Source of the DNA: the human T2T-CHM13v2.0 reference genome, Homo sapiens | DNA length: 64,000 nucleotides | Strand: one strand, 5' to 3' | Assembly (NCBI RefSeq): GCF_009914755.1 | Contig: NC_060943.1 | In this document: positions 47,829-64,000 of the stretch, in pieces | How the letters are laid out: every line of letters starts with the position of its first letter | Numbering within the stretch: position 1 is the first letter of the stretch | Position numbers and translations under genes: made by a program | Notes under the pieces: model-generated | Databases searched by the model: none | What the model was told of the DNA's origin: nothing | What the model saw: the letters and a program-made list of their open reading frames with translations, nothing else

Positions 47829-49070
47829 AGCATTGCTGTTTGTGTGTTGGGATCACGATGTTAATTTCCTGTGGGTCAAGGGCAAAGTCTGAAAAATCAC
47901 TCATTATAATCTATCTGCAGGACAGCTGGTTTAAGTTTTGACAAAGAAAAACCCCTCCTGGAACCTCAGTCTGGAATACAACTGTAGAACCAATTAAGAC
48001 TGGAGTAGGAAGCTGGAAAGAAGACGTGGGACAGCCAACCCACTGGACAGGGCAAGAGGCCACTTCTGGGGGAGAGTGGACAAAGTTGCTTCAGTCCACC
48101 AGAGACAAAAGCACAAACAATCATTCTAAATGAAGTGCTTTTAATTTTCAGACCAAACATTTTTAATATAAAAACATTTTGATAATATACAAACAGCAAT
48201 CACAACAGCATCCACATGGCAGCAAGGGGACCAGGGCACAGAGAGGGGGAGCGGGCTGGGGAGGGACAGTTTTCAGGGTCCCAGTTGCTTCCCTGGCTTG
48301 AAATCACCCTGGTCCTAGCAGAGGACAGGTTAAGGCTGCCAGAGGCAGAGGGTCCCTGACCCTGGCCCGGAGACAGACTGCCCAGGCAGGCCCTCTGATA
48401 CCATCTTCCAACCATGGCAGCCTCCAGGAAAAGCCAGATCCATTTAGGAGATAACAGGAAGGTGGCTGTGATTGACAGGAAAGGCAACATGGTTCCTCAG
48501 CATCCTGCTGATCACACCTCTGGGAGGGGCTGCTGGATTGAAGAGGACCTAAGAATCTTCCTGGGAGCAGGACAGAAATGGGATCTAAGTCTACCTACTA
48601 ACTAACATTCCCGCCTGTGACACCAGAAAGCTGGAGTGGGTCTGCTCAGATGTACAGGAAGAGAAAGGAATGACAAAGCCTTTGGCTCAGCAGGACTGGA
48701 GCCTTGACAGGCACTGACCAAGAAAGCCTCTAGGTGGGCCAGGGAGGTCTGTGGGAAAGCTTTGGATCAATGGTACTCAAGGGTGCACAGTGGCACAGTG
48801 GCCTTAGTTAGAATTTATGAAGACGAAAAGAACACAAGTCAGAATTTAGAACTGAAGTACCTGCTTCTTATAGGCCTGTAGAGGAAAAGCGAGATCATCC
48901 TTCTGGCCAGGACTAGGGGAGACCCAAGGCCTGTTCTTTCCTAGGGGCTGAGTTTGACAGACCTGGATTGCAGCTGATGGCCCCCAAAGTCCTCTAGATG
49001 GGCCCTGCAGGACTCGCTGGGAGGCCTGGTTGCCCCTCCCGGCGTGCTGGGACACTCTGGGTTCCTGCAG

Positions 49071-54849
<5,779 letters not shown>

Positions 54850-54872
54850 CTGCAAAGATATAGGAGGGTTAA

Positions 54873-55076
<204 letters not shown>

Positions 55077-55102
55077 TAGCTAATTTTTTTTTTCTTTTTT
55101 GA

Positions 55103-55207
<105 letters not shown>

Positions 55208-55210
55208 TGA

Positions 55211-55552
<342 letters not shown>

Positions 55553-56246
55553 TGAGACAGTCTCCCTCTGTTGCCTAGGCTGGTGTGCAGCGGGATGTTC
55601 ATGGCTCACTGTAGCCTCAACCTCCTGGGCTCAAGCGATCCTCCTGCCTCGGACTCCCACCATGTTGGGATCACAGGTGTGGGCTGCTGTGCCCAGCCTT
55701 GTGGTAATTTTAGACAGATCCTTAATATGTTAAAAGACTATTATTCCATCTGTCAGACACTTAGTGCCAGGCACTGCAGTCTTGAATGCTGAGGTGGGCA
55801 CAAAGCTCTACCTCCATTAGGGAATTCTGTCTTGTAAGCCTAGCTATGACAGGTGACCTTGACTATACCTCTGGGGAAACCTGGGCCTCTCAAGGCCTGA
55901 GCGTGAACTGTATGGCAGAGGCTGAATTAAGAGCCACGTGACACAGACGTGCTGAGAAGGGAACGGCAGGGAGTTGGGTCATTTCAGGGCCCTGCCCACT
56001 GGGTGCTGGGATAGGAAGCAGCATCCTCTTTCACACACAGGGACCGGTGCCACTCAACGAAGTGGATCCCTCGACAACTGGGGCAGGGTGGCAGATTCCA
56101 ATCCGGCAGGAGAGCCAGCCTGCAGGAGGGGGAAGGTGAGGTTGCTCAGGGAGCCAGCCACCCTGGTCTTCCAGATCTGGCACCAAGTCATGCCTACTTA
56201 GAGACATTTGGGCAACTCAGTCAACAAATGTGGCATCCCGGGGTGA

Positions 56247-56372
<126 letters not shown>

Positions 56373-57657
56373 TGAGTAGCTGGGATTATAGGCGCCCGCC
56401 ACCACAGCCGGCTAATGTTTTGTATTTTTAGTAGAGATGGGGTTTCACCATGTTGGCCAGGTTGGTCTCGAACTCCTGACCTCAGGTCATCCATCCGCCT
56501 CCGCCTCCCAAAGTGCTGGGATTACAGGTGTGAGCCACCGTGCCCAGCCTCAAACCCTAACTCTTGCACCCCATCCAGCAGGAGGGCCCCCTCCCCTGAA
56601 TATGCTCCATTGAGATGAAAGGAAAGTGCTTATGGAACCTCTGGCTGTCAATCACAGGAAATTCCGGTCAACATGGCCTCTTGCAGGAGGTCCAAGTGTA
56701 TCAGGGGCAAGGTCATGCTGGTACAGGGAGGCTTGGCAAGAGGCTTGAAACTTATTTTTGGCTCTTTAGAAATTACACAACCCTTCAGCTCTAGCAGCTG
56801 GGGGAAGTTTCACAAGCTGTGATTTTCACAGGAAGCAAACTCTCTCAGAAGCTGCCCTGTTCCTTGGTCCAGTGTCCCACAAGAGCATCCAACTTTGGAA
56901 GCATGCTGCTGCCAGGTCATGACTACAGAGGCTTGTCACCTGAGCCCCATGCCCTTCTTTGATGCACTGGCTGCCTGTCCCTTTGTGGTTTCACTCAGGA
57001 ACCCTATAGCAGGTCTGTAGGATACGGGTGACCATTGAACTCACAGGTGTTTGGTCGAACTAGCCTCTTACTATTTGCAGGGAGGAAGTTGACTTTTTTC
57101 ACTGGAGATGGGGTCTCGGTCCGTCACCCAGGCTGCAGTGCAGTGGCATAATCATAGCTCACTACAGCCACAAATTCCTGCGCTCAAGTGATTCTCTTGC
57201 CTTAGCCTCCCAAGTAGCTGGGACCACAGGCTTGTGCCACACGCCCAGGGAATTTTTAAATTGTTTTTAGAGATGAGGTCTTGCTTGGTTGCCCAGCCTG
57301 GTCTCAAGCAATCCTCCCGCCTTGGCCTCCCAAAGTGCTGGAATTTGTCTGAGCCATCATGTCCAGCCTGTTGATTTATTTTTGTTACAAGTAGTGACAC
57401 AACTGGAATCAAGTTTTGGGGGAAGACAGAAAAGCCAGCCAGCCCTGCTCTCTCCTTTCTAAAGCAGTTGTATCATTTTGGTGTATATCCTTGAGCCCTT
57501 TCCTCTCATAGCCGGTAGAATCCTGTACGGGTGCATTTAATTCATGTCCTGGGAAGGTAGACAAAAAAGACTAAAGTGTACCCACGAGCACCTGATGTTG
57601 TCCAGCTGAGGTCAATACTAATCGGCAAAACCTAAACAAAGAGCATGTGGAAACTCA

Positions 57658-57903
<246 letters not shown>

Positions 57904-58289
57904 TCAGGCACAGGGGCTGAAATGGCTCTTTCAACCAGGGCTGGAAAGAAACTGGAGAATTAACTAACGGCTGTAGAGAAATACTGACTCAAGAGTTACA
58001 GAAGCTGGTTGGGCACGGCAGCTCACACCTGTAATCCTAGCACTTTGGGAGGCCGAGGCAGGCAGATTGCCTGAGCTCACGAGTTCGAGACCAACCTGGG
58101 CAACATGGTGAAACCCCATCTCTACTAAAAATATAAAAATTTAGCTGGGCATGATGGTGTGCACCTGTAATTCCAGCTACTCAGGAGTCTGAGGCATAAG
58201 AACTGCTTGAACCTGGGAGGCAGCAGAGATTGCAGTGAGCCGAGATTTTGCCACTGCACTCCAGCCTGGGCAACAGAGCCAGCCTCCGT

Positions 58290-58322
<33 letters not shown>

Positions 58323-59391
58323 AGAAAGAAGGAAAGAAAGGAAGAAAAAAAGAGTTATAGGTATAGGGCCAGGTGAGGTGGATCATTGGATCATGGCTGT
58401 AATCCTAGCACTTTGGGAGGCTGAGGCGGGTGGATTGCTTGAGCTCAGAAGTTCGAGATCAGCCTGGGCAACATGGTGATACAAAAAATACAAAAAATTA
58501 GCCAGGCGTGGTGGCATGCCCCTGTAGTCTCAGCTACTCGGGAGGCTGAGGTTGCAGTGAACTGAGATCGTGCCTCTGCACTCCAGCCTGGGTGACAGAG
58601 TGAGACTCCATCTCTACTAAAAATATAAAAAATTAGCTGGGCGTGGTGGTGTGCACCTGTAATTCTAATTTATTTTATTTTATTTTGACATGGAGTCTCA
58701 CTCTGTTGCCCAGACTAGAGTGCAGTGGCACGATCTCGGCTCACTGCAAGCTCCGCCTCCCGGGTTCATGCCATTCTTGTGCCTCAGCCTCCTAATCAGC
58801 TGGGACTACAGGCACCCCCCACCACGCCCGGCTAATTTTTTTTTCTATTTTTAGTAGAGACGGGGTTTCACTGTGTTAGCCAAGATGGTCTCGATCTCCT
58901 GACCTTGTGATCCGCCTGCCTTGGCCTCCCAAAGTGCTGGGATTACAGGCATGAGCCACTATGCCCAGTCGAGAATCATCTTAAATTTGCTGAAGTGCCC
59001 AGGCATGGTGATGTGCACCTGTGGTTCCAGCTACTTAGGAAGCTGAGGTGGGAGGACTGCTTAAGCCCAGGAGTTCAAGTCCAGTCTGGGCAACATAGTG
59101 ACACCCTATCTCTTTAAAAAAAAAAAAAAAAATCTGGCTGCAGTGTTATAAGTAGAGACATACGTGTATGATTTCATCTCTAAATATAATCTTTCTTTAG
59201 AATTATACATGGGACACAAATCACCAATACAGCAGGAACTCATAGCTATGAGTACAGGACACAGCTGTACACATGACGTGTGTACCTAACCTTCTGAGCA
59301 ATGTCAAGGCAACTCAACTGTGTCCCATGTTATCTCTCTGCGCTAACTTCACAAGCTAGTCCCTGTGCAAGACATACCTCCACTGTGTGTT

Positions 59392-59423
<32 letters not shown>

Positions 59424-59511
59424 AATGATAAGACTAAAGACATGTACACAATTAGTATAGCTGAACTAGCTAAAAAGTCTGCTTCCTGCTTTTTTGTTGT
59501 TGTTTTTTTGA

Positions 59512-59924
<413 letters not shown>

Positions 59925-60032
59925 TAGCTGGGATTATAGCTGCGTGCCACCATGCCTGGCTAATTTTTGTATTTAGTAGAGCCGGGGTTTCACCACGTCG
60001 GTTAGGCTGGTCTCGAACTCCTGACCTTGTGA

Positions 60033-60516
<484 letters not shown>

Positions 60517-61212
60517 TGAATTTCTCAGCTAAATGTGGAAGAATCTATTTCCAGATGTGGAAGATAAAAGTGCAAAGGGGGCTTGGGGCCCCTGAGAAAT
60601 AGGGGTCACCCAACTGGGGCTTAGGGGTTAGGGTGGTTTTTTTTTTTTTTTTTTTTGAGATGGGGGTCTTGCTCTCTCACCCAGGTTGGAGTGCAGTGGT
60701 GCAATCATGGCTCACTGCAGCCCTGACCTCCTGGGCTCATGCAATCCTCCCACTTCAGCCTCCTGAGTAGCTGGGACCACAGACACGTGCCACCAAGTCC
60801 CGTTAATTTTTTGATGTTTCTGTAGAGACAAGGTTTTGCTATGTTACCCAGGCTGGCCCAAATTCCTGGGCTCAAGAGATCCTCCTTCCTTAGCCTCCCA
60901 AAGTGCTGGAATTACAGGCATGAGCCACCTCACACAGCTGGGTTGGGGGTTTTGTCAGATTTTCAGTTGACGCTGCTGAGAGTGAGGCAGATTCTCCCTT
61001 TTTCATGGAGAGGAGTCCAGAAGGAGGCAGAAAGCAAGCTGGCAGATCAGTCACAGAGAGCCCTAGGACTGGAAGAGCCAGGATTTCTCACTTGAGTTAC
61101 TCAAAGGAAAAGCTTTATCATCCAGGTACAATTAACAATAGCATTCTCTGGCCAGGCGCTTAGGATTCAAAGTGTAATCCCAGCACTTTGGGAGGCTGAA
61201 GTGGGCATATCA

Positions 61213-61808
<596 letters not shown>

Positions 61809-61981
61809 TTAGGCAATAAATTCTGTGGTCATTCCTATCTATGCTCCACCCCTGAAACAGGGAATCCTTCCTTTCTTTCCCTGGATTGGAGCAAAGATAA
61901 AGAATTTAGATTCAAAACTTCAGTGCCAATACTTCTACAAACTGGCTGTGTGACTCTGGTGAAGTCACTCCATTTCTATTA

Positions 61982-62715
<734 letters not shown>

Positions 62716-63531
62716 ACAACCATTTTTAAATGCAAGGAACACAAACAGGCTGATTGAAACCTGATCTCCTGCCGTCGGGGAGCTGGGAATCCCTCAACCT
62801 ATTACTTCCTTCCATCTCCTCCTGGCTTTTAAATTAAATCTTATTCCACAGCGTCATTCTACACTTTATTTATTTATTTACCCGCTGCCTTGTTCCAGAA
62901 AGGATTTAACTCGGCATATTCTATAGTTAGCCACAAGTAGACTCCTTAATTTAAAAAGGAGCGAGAGAGACCGGGGAGAGACAGACCCACTGGCCTACCC
63001 AAAGCACATCCACATCTCACTCTATCAGCTCCAAGCTAGTCCAGGCGACCAGCTTTGAGGGCAAAACACCTACCTGCCCCCGAGAGGCACTAGTTAGCAT
63101 ATCCTGGCTTCACAGGCCCCCAGATCACCACCTCCTCGGCTGCTGCCTTTTCTCTTTCAACCACCAAGTAGAAAAATGGCCTAATGGAGTACTTCTTCCT
63201 GAAAGCAGGACTTGCCTGTTAGTGGTGCCAAGGCTCCCTAGGTGACCTTAGATTTTGGATTTGTACAGGCCTTGACTTGAAAGGTCTTTTGCGTTTTGTG
63301 GCTCCTGTCTTCTCATCTGTGAGATGAGAGCCATGCCCACCTTTAAGTCACACAGATTAATAAGTACATCTACGGAAGCACCTTGGAAAAGATGTACAGG
63401 AGGCTGTGACCTCCAAGCTCCAGCCGACTGTTTGAAGCTGGAGCCCGTCACAGCTCAGCCCAATCCACCCACCCCCCAGACTAGGTCAGACCATCAAAAG
63501 CAACGGGAGCTTGGCACTGATTATCCAGCTA

Positions 63532-63973
<442 letters not shown>

Positions 63974-64000
63974 TCAGTGTGTTTATCCAAGCCCACAGAG

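Noticed and set aside
60621-60633. TTAGGGGTTAGGG telomere-like motif
   Set aside because: Only two imperfect units; expected by chance.

Overview
Eukaryotic, Alu-dense, CpG-island-rich DNA that I recognise as the human 19p13.12 locus. Gene order: MISP3 (+, 3 coding exons, 219 aa, with MIR1199 inside its CDS), C19orf67 (-, 6 coding exons, 358 aa), SAMD1 (-, 5 exons, 538 aa), PRKACA (-, 10 exons, 351 aa; alternative first exons for germline Calpha2 and a probable long N-terminal form), a 50-codon smORF nested in PRKACA intron 1 (SMIM46-like, below the ORF-track cutoff) and ASF1B exons 2-4 (-; exon 1 lies beyond the window). All exon chains were rebuilt by hand from GT-AG junctions and close in frame. 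Most other ORF-track entries are Alu-derived or GC-rich shadow ORFs. I see no wholly new multi-gene system. The best leads are: (1) the modular PRKACA intron 1 (micropeptide exon, X-box/MYB motifs at the Calpha2 exon, tandem CRE-like repeat, 91-codon alternative exon); (2) an orphan ZNF143/NRF1/ETS/CCAAT promoter at about 9.6-9.9 kb with no downstream CDS; (3) an apparently frameshift-decayed N-terminal extension of MISP3; (4) an overlapping two-strand poly(A) signal between the PRKACA promoter and the ASF1B 3' end. Gene names come from recall of the protein sequences, not from a database search.
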